Part shown: one piece after another, positions 30,001 to 39,321 of the stretch
How the letters are laid out: each line of letters starts with the position of its first letter
Numbering within the stretch: the stretch's first letter is position 1
Assembly: GCA_041751795.1 (NCBI GenBank)
Contig: JBGSWU010000011.1
Span: 1-45,544, forward strand
DNA length: 45,544 nt
Reading direction: 5' to 3'
Origin: Thermomicrobiales bacterium
GTDB taxonomy: Bacteria; Chloroflexota; Chloroflexia; Thermomicrobiales; CFX8
The notes under the pieces: generated by a model
The model's database searches: none
What the model saw: only the letters and a program-made list of their open reading frames with translations
What the model was told of the DNA's origin: nothing
Made by a program: the position numbers and the translations under genes

Positions 30001-31330
30001 CGACGGTCCGGCCAGCCAGCCAATCGCCGTCCAGGTCACTGACGCTGCCGGGGCAAGCGCCAATGCCAGCGGGACGATCGAGATTCTCAACGCAACGCCG
30101 GTCGTCATTGCCGGTGACGGCCAAACGATTGACGAGGGTAGCCAGTTCGCCGCGACCGGTTCGTACAGTGATGAGGGGACGCTCGACACGCATACCGCGA
30201 CCGTGAACTACGGCGATGGCAGCGGCGACGAGCCGCTGACCCTGAACGTCGATCGGTCGTTCGCGCTGGCGCATTCCTACAGCGACAACGGGACGTACGT
30301 CGCGACCGTCAGCGTCACCGACGACGATGGTGCGACTGGGACAGTGGCGACGACGATCACCGTCAACAACGTTGCGCCAACGGTGACGCTCGGCGACGAC
30401 GCGACTCTGCGCCGTGGCGAAACGCTCATGAGCAGCGGCTCATTCGCCGATCCCGGCACCGACGACTGGACGGCGACCGTCGACTACGGTGATGGCTCGG
30501 CGACCGAGGCGCTCACCCTCAACGCCGATGGCACGTTCACACTGGGGCACGTCTATACGAGTGCCGGGGCGTTCACGGTGAGTGTCTGCGTCAGCGACGA
30601 CGACAGCGGCCAGGGCTGCGACACGCTCGGCGTGACCGTCACCCCGTACGCCATCTTCGCCGGCGGCGACGACTGCGGCTCAGGCAGCGCTTACACGATC
30701 GAGTGGAGTGGCAGTACGGGAACGCTCTACGGCGATCTGCACTCGAACAGTGGGCTGAAAGTCAGCGGTTCCAAAAACACCGGCAACGGCAGCGCCAGCT
30801 ATCGCTGTCAGGTCAAGGTCAGTGGCAGCCAGAATACCTTCACATCGGGGCCAAACAATTTGACCGAGACGCGCCCCTGGCCGGTGCAGATGGACGCCAC
30901 CTCCTTCACCTGCGATGTCACGGTTGCTGGCAAACTCGACCTTTCGAAGGACGGTGTCTGGTGGGTCGGCGGGACGAAGACCAGCCAGCAACTCGCGTCG
31001 CTGACGCTGTGCGCCGATGAGATCACGCTCGGCGACTCGAACATCACCGGCAGCGTCACGCTCGTAGCCGAGCGGATCAGTCTGAGTGGCAGCAACATCC
31101 AGCTGACTGCTCACCAGCACAGTGTCCTGATCTTCGCGACTGGCGGTGACAAGAAAGCCATCAAAGTCAGTGGCAGTACCAGCCAACTGGTAGGCGATTT
31201 CGTCGCTCGTGCCGGTGGCATCGACCTCTCAGGATCAGGCAGCCAGATCTTCGGAGCGGTTATCGGCTGGACGGTCAAGCTCGTCGGCAGTAACTGGACG
31301 GTCGACGCACGGGCGACGGTCACTCCATAG
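27041..31330 (+). CDS. Giant secreted multidomain protein: SGNH/GDSL-type hydrolase, HYR domain, PKD-like repeats, C-terminal beta-helix-like repeat region
   Basis: Signal peptide MPRLITFVFIVAMLFAAAGMRFWPVATASA. SGNH blocks are VGDSYGSGEGAP (Ser codon 27608-27610), LACSGATI, ISGGGNDMHF and MHPN (His 28688-28690). HYR-like PPAIAPAQNITVETLDAAGAIVNYPIPATTDNVDGPGLASCAPVSGGLFPIGTTPVTCSAQDSSGNQA. Three or four PKD-like units (WDLDGDGEYE, VNYGDGSG, VDYGDGSA). The tail has repeated (K)VSGS.. / G.V.L beta-strand motifs. Start ATG 27041 (AAAGGG upstream); 27071 or 27080 are possible. Confidence 0.85.
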   Translation: MFHLTNGITTMNRMPSAMPRLITFVFIVAMLFAAAGMRFWPVATASAAEVAPPFGWSMLPRHTGTSLIDPNNLAAAREYVNPTDGYRVRFDGCDAVMDNFTRTTHTYTITGGALTAPKVVSASAEAFMNPPKLGGGFEPFDCASLRVITPLQQGTYSVSLNVTMADGYTADSAPQTIVVKDILIISVGDSYGSGEGAPDSFVKFGLLGYAETPAVWQDQRCHRSAWAGASKAAAILEQSDPHTSVTFVSLACSGATINTPIDDNPDDGVVNMAKYQGGGLLTGYSGIEHDGSYNPTSFLPPQMEQAARIANGRAIDALTISGGGNDMHFANVIIDCVLSDCSTNTTTANRIANDFIQLEIRYQELAAFINNERDTSDVPALNITPDRVFITEYPDPTRDMDGSWCQVNQLDDPLLAFPVTGITRTEMAWASGNLVKPMNQAIQNYATQHGWNYVTGIAAEFFGDPANGVPGRGWCALGEDANGEPNNWVNRSVQALGMQGPVTAPLGLFAFYGTLGIGLSIVSGGISLVLTLVSAAVLIVELKGTAGTMHPNRMGQMVYARHIASAVQNRFNGVVPQPGDTTPPAIAPAQNITVETLDAAGAIVNYPIPATTDNVDGPGLASCAPVSGGLFPIGTTPVTCSAQDSSGNQAPPVNFSVTVEPTTGALPDPAVVRTSLRSGCTYANSDDQSIENGAGPVSFDGTNVTGYAGVDALKARASATNDDCGMRVTSAMNLTVGAGETNLVDGDPVLLVVTLGLDGTLTTSADDNQVAIAEMAANYSIAETNCLSPGPSPALFGDDGGYCPSIVDFSASIDMDQYGGATDQWYARAMWSVTSNVGDEQSDFADIYCDDGCADPVRLPFNTGVRTVIFESFVGARLSVSGMLDTFATGYLGATAVSDFANTFSLGVVQPAAGFEGLSIDYTQEVINQSPTVEIAGPYSVEEGDSVTLTASGNDPEGSALTYVWDLDGDGEYETSGQDATFSAAAIDGPASQPIAVQVTDAAGASANASGTIEILNATPVVIAGDGQTIDEGSQFAATGSYSDEGTLDTHTATVNYGDGSGDEPLTLNVDRSFALAHSYSDNGTYVATVSVTDDDGATGTVATTITVNNVAPTVTLGDDATLRRGETLMSSGSFADPGTDDWTATVDYGDGSATEALTLNADGTFTLGHVYTSAGAFTVSVCVSDDDSGQGCDTLGVTVTPYAIFAGGDDCGSGSAYTIEWSGSTGTLYGDLHSNSGLKVSGSKNTGNGSASYRCQVKVSGSQNTFTSGPNNLTETRPWPVQMDATSFTCDVTVAGKLDLSKDGVWWVGGTKTSQQLASLTLCADEITLGDSNITGSVTLVAERISLSGSNIQLTAHQHSVLIFATGGDKKAIKVSGSTSQLVGDFVARAGGIDLSGSGSQIFGAVIGWTVKLVGSNWTVDARATVTP

Positions 31331-31522
31331 TGGATTGGGAACGATTAAGGAATGTGATGGCTTTCGTAATCCACGGCAACGTCTCGTAACAATCGCTCAG
31401 ATCTCCGGCGCATGCGTCGCTCGCCAGCGTTGCGGGCGACGCAAGACCACACTGCGGCGATACTTTGCGATAATGTCATTCAACGAGCATGAGAACTCAG
31501 AGACGATGGAGGCAGTTCAGCA

Positions 31523-34141
31523 ATGTTTCGCGTTGAGCATCTCGTGTTGGTATTCCTGCTGCTGGGCACGCTTGTCTCAATCCAGCCGTCCCGTGCAGCT
31601 CCTGTGGCCAACGATCCGTTCCAGCGCACGTGGCAGCGCACCGATAAGCCGGTTGCCGACGGTGCCGTTTCGCGAACCTGGATGTGGGGGCCGGAGCCGT
31701 TCACCGATGCGAAAACCGAGGCATATGCCGAGTCGCCGGACGGGACGCGGACGGTTCAGTACTTCGACAAGTCGCGGATGGAGATCACCCAGCCGGGTGG
31801 CGACCAGTCTTCGCCGTGGTACGTCACGAATGGGTTGCTCGTTGTCGAGTTGATGTCCGGTCGGATGCAGGTCGGTGACAACCTGTTCGAGGAACGGTTG
31901 CCTGCTGCGGTGAATGTGGCTGGCGACCCTGACGACCCGCTGACCTACGCCGTCCTTGCTGGGTTGCGCGAACATGCATCGCTGGCAACCGGGACGACGA
32001 TTATCCATCGCATCGATGCGAACGGTCAGGTGACCGACGATCCGTCGTTGGGCAACTACGGCGTCACGGCGGTGACCCACGTTCCGGAAACGAACCACAC
32101 CGTCGCCAGCCCATTCTGGGATTTCATGACGGCGTCGGGAATCGTCTATGAGAACGGCGGAATGACGACCGCGCCGCTGTTCGCTAGCGCGTACTACGCG
32201 ACCGGCCTGCCGATCACCGAAGCGTACTGGGCCGATGTCAAGGTGGATGGCCAGCAACGCGAAGTGCTGCTGCAATGCTTCGAGCGCCGATGCCTGACGT
32301 ATACGCCCGGTAACGATCCCGCCTGGCAGGTCGAGGCCGGCAACGTCGGGCAGCACTACTATCGCTGGCGATATCCCGATGCGAACCCTGGCCCCTCGCC
32401 GCTGGCCAACGATCTGGCGCGCAAAGTGACCCAGGCGACGAGTGACGATGCACGTTATGAGGCGCTGCTGGATGTGATGGCCGCGCTCCATGTCGGCGTC
32501 TACACTGGTTCGGGACAAATGATCGTCGGCGGTGCGGAGCGTGGAGCGGCTGACTTTTATCTCTACGATGTCGAGGTGCGGATGATGGCCGGAGCCATTG
32601 GCCGCGGCCAGACCTTCGGCGCCGTCGATCTGGCGATGCAATTGACGGCGATGGGCCTGTTGCCGGAGGGGCAGACGCTCGATCCGAATGTCTTCCGGTC
32701 GGCGGTCCTGACGATTGTCGAGCAGGCAGCAAAGGCACCAAACGAGTTCACATCGCTGTCACCACTGCTGGTGCGTCAACTTGGACTGAGCCAGTCGGCC
32801 CCGTTCGATCTGTTCGACGATGTTTCGCTGGACACGATGCGTTTTGATCCGCTGAGCTACTTTCTCCTGCTGGCCCATGCAAGCATTCCGTTGATCGAGG
32901 AGCATCTGCCTCTGGAGAATGGCGCGTCGTCGGAGTTGGTTGCGCAGTCGAACGGCGTCCTCAAGGCTGTTGTCGTCGATCCGTGCAAACCAGGCGGATT
33001 CCTTGGTGAGGCGTTCAAACATTCCTACGGTTGGTTGAAAAACGCCGCCGACTTGATGTCGTTGATTCCACAGGGTGTCGCCAAGGCATCCGGCGTTGTC
33101 GACGCGATTCATGGCGCGATCCTGGCCTACTCGATCGGCGTGACCGAACTCGATCAGCGTCTCGAAACACACTATGGTCCAGGTGGCCACGAGAATCAGG
33201 CAGGGCAGGCTATCACCTTCCGGATCAAGGTCGAGATGCGTGATGCGCTACCGCAGACATTGATCGATTGCGGCTGGATCCTTGGGACAGATTTCCCGGC
33301 GAAAGGTCCGATCGAAGGCGTTTCAGTCCACTGGTTCTGGGACAATCTTGAAGATCACGGCGAGGTCAACTGCGGTAACGCTTGTGCCACCGGTGGCGGC
33401 AGCGGGCTGTCGATTGACGCGACCGGTCCGGACGGCATCGCCCGGATGACCTTCCAGCCGAAGAATGAGGAAAACCCCGACGAGGGCTGGATCGTTGAGG
33501 AGCACGGAACCGTCACGGGGGTCGCGCTGTACCAGTCCAAGTTCACGAACCTGCTCGGTTCCTATGCGCAGTATCTGACACCGAAGTCGGGTGCCACCCG
33601 CTGGGTCGTCAAGTGGCACGAGGTACCGGGCTGGGACGTCGAGATGAAGTTGACGTACAGCGTCAAAACGCAGATCGGCAGTGACGGTTGGCACCGCTGG
33701 GGCAACGGCAGCATGACCTTCACGGCACACATCGACTCTCAGCGCTTTGAGGAGCAACAGACTGGCTGGTTGGTCAGCGTCGCTGGCTCAGGCTCGGGTA
33801 CGTATGGTTACACGACGAACCCACCGGTCAGTTGTTCGTGGTCAGGCGCCTGGCAGCGGCCGCAACATGCCGTCGAGATCCTCGATCGAGACCAGTTGCT
33901 TGTCGACTTCATTGGCGGCCTGGGGCCAGTGCCTGCACCTGGAGTCTCCGGCACGACTCATCCATTCGACGGGGATTGCGGCATCGCAGCAGACATCGGA
34001 CTGATCCCTTCACATTTTCCGCCCGCCTTCTCACTCAAGACGGAGGAGACGCAGGTGTTCGATGTCGCCCCACAGGGCATGGAACTTGACACAGGCACGA
34101 TCACCTGGGAGATCACGGTCACTCCGACTACTCAACCGTAG
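31523..34141 (+). CDS. Secreted protein, paralog 2 of the N-module family (872 aa), otherwise unrecognised
   Basis: GGAGG lies 10 nt upstream. Signal peptide MFRVEHLVLVFLLLGTLVSIQPSRA. N-module DPFQRTWQRTDKPVADGAVSRTWMWGPE...QCFERRCLTYTPGNDPAWQVEAGNVGQHYYRWRYP. Collinear with the gene at 34343 over most of its length. Confidence 0.85.
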   Translation: MFRVEHLVLVFLLLGTLVSIQPSRAAPVANDPFQRTWQRTDKPVADGAVSRTWMWGPEPFTDAKTEAYAESPDGTRTVQYFDKSRMEITQPGGDQSSPWYVTNGLLVVELMSGRMQVGDNLFEERLPAAVNVAGDPDDPLTYAVLAGLREHASLATGTTIIHRIDANGQVTDDPSLGNYGVTAVTHVPETNHTVASPFWDFMTASGIVYENGGMTTAPLFASAYYATGLPITEAYWADVKVDGQQREVLLQCFERRCLTYTPGNDPAWQVEAGNVGQHYYRWRYPDANPGPSPLANDLARKVTQATSDDARYEALLDVMAALHVGVYTGSGQMIVGGAERGAADFYLYDVEVRMMAGAIGRGQTFGAVDLAMQLTAMGLLPEGQTLDPNVFRSAVLTIVEQAAKAPNEFTSLSPLLVRQLGLSQSAPFDLFDDVSLDTMRFDPLSYFLLLAHASIPLIEEHLPLENGASSELVAQSNGVLKAVVVDPCKPGGFLGEAFKHSYGWLKNAADLMSLIPQGVAKASGVVDAIHGAILAYSIGVTELDQRLETHYGPGGHENQAGQAITFRIKVEMRDALPQTLIDCGWILGTDFPAKGPIEGVSVHWFWDNLEDHGEVNCGNACATGGGSGLSIDATGPDGIARMTFQPKNEENPDEGWIVEEHGTVTGVALYQSKFTNLLGSYAQYLTPKSGATRWVVKWHEVPGWDVEMKLTYSVKTQIGSDGWHRWGNGSMTFTAHIDSQRFEEQQTGWLVSVAGSGSGTYGYTTNPPVSCSWSGAWQRPQHAVEILDRDQLLVDFIGGLGPVPAPGVSGTTHPFDGDCGIAADIGLIPSHFPPAFSLKTEETQVFDVAPQGMELDTGTITWEITVTPTTQP

Positions 34142-34201
34142 TCCACCGAGAATCGCTGAAGGCGAGACCGGCTTGGGATGTCTTTTCCTGAGCCGGTTCC
34201 G

Positions 34202-34219
34202 CCTGTCCGAATGGACAGG
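34202..34219 (+). terminator. Intrinsic-terminator-like hairpin after paralog 2
   Basis: CCTGTCC, loop gaat, GGACAGG, followed by TGCGTTTCT. A second 8-bp hairpin GGCTGGCA-gtgt-TGCCAGCC lies at 34285-34304. Confidence 0.5.
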
Positions 34220-34342
34220 TGCGTTTCTACCCTATCGTCCATAGTGGCACAACATTCCGTCTAACTATCCTGCTCAATGGTTTCGGCTGGCAGTGTTGCC
34301 AGCCGTGTCTGTGATCAAGGTTGATCTGAGCAAGGGGGATCG

Positions 34343-37120
34343 ATGCACCGATTCACGAGACCCGTTCATCTGCTGGCGATCATGGTTGTTCTGACGACGT
34401 TCATGACGAGCGTCCCGGCTGCCAGCGGTGAGCCGATTGCGACCGACCCATTCGAGCGCACCTGGCAACGGACCGATAAGCCGGTCAGAGATGACGGGTT
34501 ACAGCGAACCTGGATGTGGGGTCCAGAGCCGTTCACCGACGCGAAGACTGAATCCTATGCGGAAGCACCGGGCGGCACGCGAACGGTTCAGTACTTCGAC
34601 AAGTCCCGGATGGAAGACAACAATTATCGCGGGTCGGCTCCGTGGGATGTCACCAATGGCCTGCTCGTCGTCGAGATGATGACGGGGAGCATGCAGGTTG
34701 GTGACAATCAGTTCGAGCAGCGTCAGCCAGCGCAGATCAATGTCGCTGGCGACCCCGGCGATCCGCTGACGTACGCCGTTCTGGCGGGTGTTCGGAGTCA
34801 CGCGCCGCTGGCAATCGGCACGACGATCACCCAGCGCATCAACGCCTCTGGTGAGGTCAGCGATGACTCATCGCTGGCGACCTACGGTGTGACTGCTACC
34901 ACGCTGGTGGATGCTTCGGGGCACACAGTCGCCAGTCCGTTCTGGGACTTCATGAATGCAACTGGGACGGTCTACGAGAATGGCGGCACGACCAACGCGC
35001 CGTTGTTTGAGAATCCGTTCTACGCGACCGGCCTGCCGATCACTGAAGCGTACTGGGCAGATATCACGCTTGGCGGTGTCCAGCGAGAGATGTTGCTGCA
35101 ATGCTTTGAGCGTCGCTGCCTGACCTACACGCCGGGCAACCCCGCCGAGTGGCAGGTCGAAGCTGGCAATGTCGGCCAGCACTACTACCGCTGGCGTTAC
35201 CCGGAGGCCAACCCTGGCCCGAACGCTACGGCGAATGCGCTCGCCGATGCCGTCACCCAGGCACCAGATGATGCTGCGCGTAAGCAGGCGTTGATGAATC
35301 TTTTCTCGGCGCTCAACGTCGGTGTCTACGCTGGTGATGGGACGATGCTGCTTGGCGGCGCCGAGCGCCGTGCCGAGGACTTCTACCTGTATGAGCTCGA
35401 AGTCGAGATGCTGGCAGGTGCCATCGGTCGTGGTCAGACCTTTGGGATCATCGACCTGGCGATGCAACTGACGACGATGGAGCTGTTACCCGATGGCGAG
35501 ATGTTCGACCCCGAGGTCGTCCGTCAGGCGCTGCTTGGCGGTATTGCCGCCGCCGAAGCGGACCCGAATGCCTTCACGTCCGTCTCTCCGCTGATTGTCC
35601 GGCAGCTCGGGTTGACCCAGATGCAGCCCTACGATCTCTTTGGAGACGTTCCACTCGACACGATCCGGATGGACGCGCTGGCCTACTTCCTTGTTCTGCT
35701 CGACATCACCGTGCCGCTGTTCGCAGACAAGGACATCGAGGCAGGTGCGATGTCGCAACTCATCGCCAACAGCAATGGCATTCTGACTGCCAGCGACCGC
35801 CAGCTTTTGGCCGCCTGCGACCCGCCGACAATGTTCCAGGGCGATCCCTTCAAGGATGCCTACGGATGGACCAAGATCTCGGCTGAACTGTTGCAGCTCG
35901 TCCCGGCAGCCGCCGGTAAGGTGACAGCCGTCCTCGATGGCCTGCACGGGGCGATCCTGGCCTTTTCGGTCGGTGTCACCGAACTCGACCAGCGGTTGGA
36001 GACACATTACGGCCATGAGTCACCCGGTGCGCCATTGACCTTCCGGGTGAAGGTCGAAATGCGCGACGATGTCACCAAGGCGCTCGTCGACTGCGGTTGG
36101 ATCGCCGGGACGACCTTCCCGCCGAAGGGTCCGATCGCTGGCGTCTCGGTCCACTGGTTCTGGGATAACCTCGAGAAGCATGGCCAGATCGACTGCGGCA
36201 ATGCCTGCCCATCCTAGGGTGGCAATGGCCTCTCGATCGACGCGACCGGCCCGGATGGCATCGCGAAGATGACCTTCCGCCCGAACACCGAGGAGGTTCC
36301 CGGTGATGGCTGGGTCGTTGAGGAACAGGGCGTTGTGACTGGCGTGGCGCTTTACCAGTCCAAGTTCACTAACCTGCTTGGCTCGTATGCGCAGTATCTG
36401 ACGCCGAAGTCGGGGGCCACTCGCTGGGTCGTCGAACGCCACGAGCAGCCCGGCTGGAACGTCGAAATGACGGTCGACTACGATGTTGATTCGAGCTGGA
36501 AGCACATCGGATACGATGCCCCCGCCGACTACTTTGCGGAAACAGCCGACGGTTCCGGTAAGTTCACTTTCAAGATGTTCATTCCGATTGCAGCGCTGAA
36601 CGCTGAAGGTAACTACTCGGTTCCCGCCGATGCGAGCGGTCGCGCGTCGGTTGCCCAGACATCGGTCGATTATTCCCAGTGGAGCGCCTACTACCACTGG
36701 GAGTTCGACTGCAACGGATCGTACCAGGGGGCATGGGATACCTACTTCATGTTCGAAGACATTTACAGCGACACCACTGGTGGACGGACCGTCCTATCGA
36801 AGTTGATCCTGTCGCCGTACATTGCGGGGCAGAACTGGACGGTGGGCGGCTGGCACGGTGGTGGTTCCGACTGCCGAGGGATCGTCGACGGTGACTTCGT
36901 CGTTCTGGGATCGCTGCTGAAGAACATTCCGTCCTTCTCGCTCGACAAACTCGGCGAGCAGTCACTCTCTGCCAACTCGTCAGCGGTTTGTAGCAATATC
37001 CGCGAGATGATCATCGGGAAGTGGAACACCATTCCAAACCAGCCGGGTGTACAGCAATCCTGCTCGGTCGACGCCGAGTGGACGATCAATGTGGAGTGGG
37101 CGCAGCAACCAGGACAGTAG
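34343..37120 (+). pseudogene. Secreted protein, paralog 3 of the N-module family, interrupted by one in-frame TAG at 36215-36217
   Basis: Track ORFs 34343..36217 and 36269..37120 share a frame. Read-through CGNACPS*GGNGLSIDATGPDGIAKMTFRPNTEE aligns residue for residue with paralog 2 CGNACATGGGSGLSIDATGPDGIARMTFQPKNEE, including the 17 codons between the TAG and ATG 36269. AAGGGGGA precedes ATG 34343. Signal peptide VHLLAIMVVLTTFMTSVPAASG. Confidence 0.75.
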
Positions 37121-37140
37121 CCCGGGATAGCGCTCACGCT

Positions 37141-37178
37141 GAACGATGGTCAAGGATGAATCTCCCTGGCCATCGTTC
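37141..37178. terminator. 9-bp hairpin between convergent genes
   Basis: GAACGATGG (37141-37149) pairs with CCATCGTTC (37170-37178), with further imperfect pairing inside the loop. It lies between the TAG at 37118-37120 (+) and the TAG at 37223-37225 (-). Confidence 0.45.
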
Positions 37179-37222
37179 CGTTCGTCGGGTCAGTCGCTTG
37201 ATGACGCGTCGCGCCTCATCGT

Positions 37223-39055
37223 CTATTGCGTGAGATATGTCTCCATGAACTCTGCCGTGTCGTGCATCGCCTTCAGTTCATTCTCGCGCTTGGTGAAGCC
37301 GTGGCCCTCGTCCTCATAGACGTCGTAGCGAACCTCGACACCGCGGGCACGTAGCCGTTCGACTATCTGGTCGCTCTCGGGCTTGACGACGCGCGGGTCC
37401 TGCGCGCCCTGGATGACGAACAGCGGCGCCCTGATCTGATCGACATAACTGATCGGCGAGCGTTCCATCAGGAAATCGGCTTCCGTCTCCGGGTCGCCGA
37501 CCCACTGTGTCATCATCCGCCGCCAGGTTGGTGGGACGGCTTTCACGAAGGTGACGAGATTGCTTGGCCCGACGATATCAACCGCCGCCGCGAAGTACTG
37601 AGGAAGCCGGGATACGCACGAGAGCGTTGCAAAGCCGCCGAACGATCCGCCGAAGACGCCGATCCGCTCGTTGTCAACCCAATTCAGCCCGTGCAGGTAG
37701 TGGACAGCGGCCTTGAAGTCCTTCAACTCAGCGCCACCCCAGTCGCGATGGATCAGTTTCTGATAGGTCGAGCCGTAGCCGGTCGAACCGCGCACGTTCG
37801 GCGCGAGGACGGCGATCCCACGTGAGAGCCAGTACTGGTACAGCCCGGAGTACATGTAGAGTGGCCGCTCCTGCGCTTCCGGCCCGCCGTGGATCGAGAG
37901 AACGACGGCGAATGGCCCGTCACCCTTCGGCTTGTAGAGGAACGCCGGAATCTCGCGGCCATCGTGGGTTGGGTAGGCAATGCTCTCCGGCTGGATCAGG
38001 TCTTCACGATCGACTCCGCCGAGGAACGAGTACGTGAGTTGGGTGACGGATTGCTCGTCGATATCGACGACGTAGATTTCGGTCGGATGGTCTGGGCGAT
38101 CGAGCAGCAGGCCGATTTTTCGGCCATCGCGCGATGTCGTCAGGTGACGAATGACGCCGCCTGGCACGTCGGGGAGCGCGACCTGCTGGTTTGCGTTCAG
38201 GTCGCGGGCGTAGAGTCGCGAGTAGCCACCCTCGTTGACCACCCAGATCAGGTAGCGTCCGTCAGGCGAGACTGCCACATGCTCGATATCCCAGTCGGGT
38301 GTTTCGACCCAGCGCTTCTGGCCAGTGGCCACATCCTGGAACGCCATCCCGAGGAAGTCGCGATCCTCATCGGAGAGGACATAAAAGCCGGAGCTATCCC
38401 CTGCCCAGGGGCCGGGGAAGTTCTTGACCTCGCCGTCGCGCGGCGTCAGGTGGTCGATTGTTCCAGTGGCAGGATCGAGCAGATAGATATCCTGGTTCGT
38501 GTTCGATTTGGCGTCGACGACGGTGAGCCGTTTGCCGTCTGGCGACCAGCCCGAAGCGAAGTAGAGCGCATCCCCCTCGAGGACACGCCGTACCTCCCCT
38601 GTTTGCATGTCGCGGACGAGGACATCCTGCTCGGTCGGTGTGCGGTCGTTGGCGCTGTAGGCGATTGCGCTGCCATCCGGTGACCAGGCATCCTGACCGA
38701 GGTAGTGTTGCACCTGCTCGGCGTCGGTGAGTTGTTCCGGTTGTCCACCTCGCGCGGGGATCTGATAGACCTGATAGAACTCGTCGCCGTGATGGTCGGC
38801 GGTATAAAGGATCCAGTTGCCATCCGGCGACCACTGGACATCGCGAACGGCCTGCTGGCTGTAAAGGGTGAGTTGATGCGGGTACCCGCCAGCGCTCGAT
38901 TGTCGCCAGAGGTTGTACTGCCCGGAGGTGTTGACCGAGTAGGCAACTTCCGAGCCGTCTGGTGAAAACGAGAGCGTCGGCTGGTAACGCCGGACGGCAG
39001 TGAACTGCTCGAATGTGTACCGTTGACCCTGCTGGTTCGAATCTGTTGTGTTCAT
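37223..39055 (-). CDS. S9-family serine peptidase (prolyl oligopeptidase / acylaminoacyl-peptidase type) with N-terminal beta-propeller
   Basis: Repeated WSPDG propeller blades (FSPDGSEVAY, WSPDGNWILY, WSPDGSAIAY, WSPDGKRLTV, VSPDGRYLIW). Nucleophile elbow GVFGGSFGGFATL. Acid and His are in QGAQDPRV and YEDEGHGF. Start ATG 39055 (MNTTDSNQQ). Confidence 0.9.
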   Translation of the reverse strand: MNTTDSNQQGQRYTFEQFTAVRRYQPTLSFSPDGSEVAYSVNTSGQYNLWRQSSAGGYPHQLTLYSQQAVRDVQWSPDGNWILYTADHHGDEFYQVYQIPARGGQPEQLTDAEQVQHYLGQDAWSPDGSAIAYSANDRTPTEQDVLVRDMQTGEVRRVLEGDALYFASGWSPDGKRLTVVDAKSNTNQDIYLLDPATGTIDHLTPRDGEVKNFPGPWAGDSSGFYVLSDEDRDFLGMAFQDVATGQKRWVETPDWDIEHVAVSPDGRYLIWVVNEGGYSRLYARDLNANQQVALPDVPGGVIRHLTTSRDGRKIGLLLDRPDHPTEIYVVDIDEQSVTQLTYSFLGGVDREDLIQPESIAYPTHDGREIPAFLYKPKGDGPFAVVLSIHGGPEAQERPLYMYSGLYQYWLSRGIAVLAPNVRGSTGYGSTYQKLIHRDWGGAELKDFKAAVHYLHGLNWVDNERIGVFGGSFGGFATLSCVSRLPQYFAAAVDIVGPSNLVTFVKAVPPTWRRMMTQWVGDPETEADFLMERSPISYVDQIRAPLFVIQGAQDPRVVKPESDQIVERLRARGVEVRYDVYEDEGHGFTKRENELKAMHDTAEFMETYLTQ

Positions 39056-39321
39056 TTGGTTTGTCCTGCCCGTCGATGACTGCGCATCTGCTATGATCAC
39101 TGGCAGCCATTGTTAACAACGGACGATCTGGGCGCAAACTCGGCGTGGGCAGGAAATGCTGGTGTTTCCCCACTGACCGGGGAGTGACGCCGCAGACTTT
39201 CGTACCAATTGTTCTTCAGTCGTCTTCATTGTTCATCAAGCGCGTGGCATGCTGGACCGATGCGGCAGGTCACGTTGTCTATTTGCTAACAATTTTTCCT
39301 ATCGAGGCAGGAGCCCGCTTC

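Noticed and set aside
31523-37120. Paralogs 2 and 3 as polymorphic toxins with swapped C-terminal toxin domains.
   Set aside because: The tails still show islands of homology to each other, so this is divergence rather than cassette replacement. No small immunity-like ORF follows either gene, and I see no recognisable toxin or pre-toxin motif.
39145-39321. Upstream extension of the GGDEF ORF (track start 39145).
   Set aside because: The extension is Cys/Trp-rich and lies in the AT-rich promoter region. ATG 39322 has a GGAG SD at good spacing and precedes the first PAS domain.
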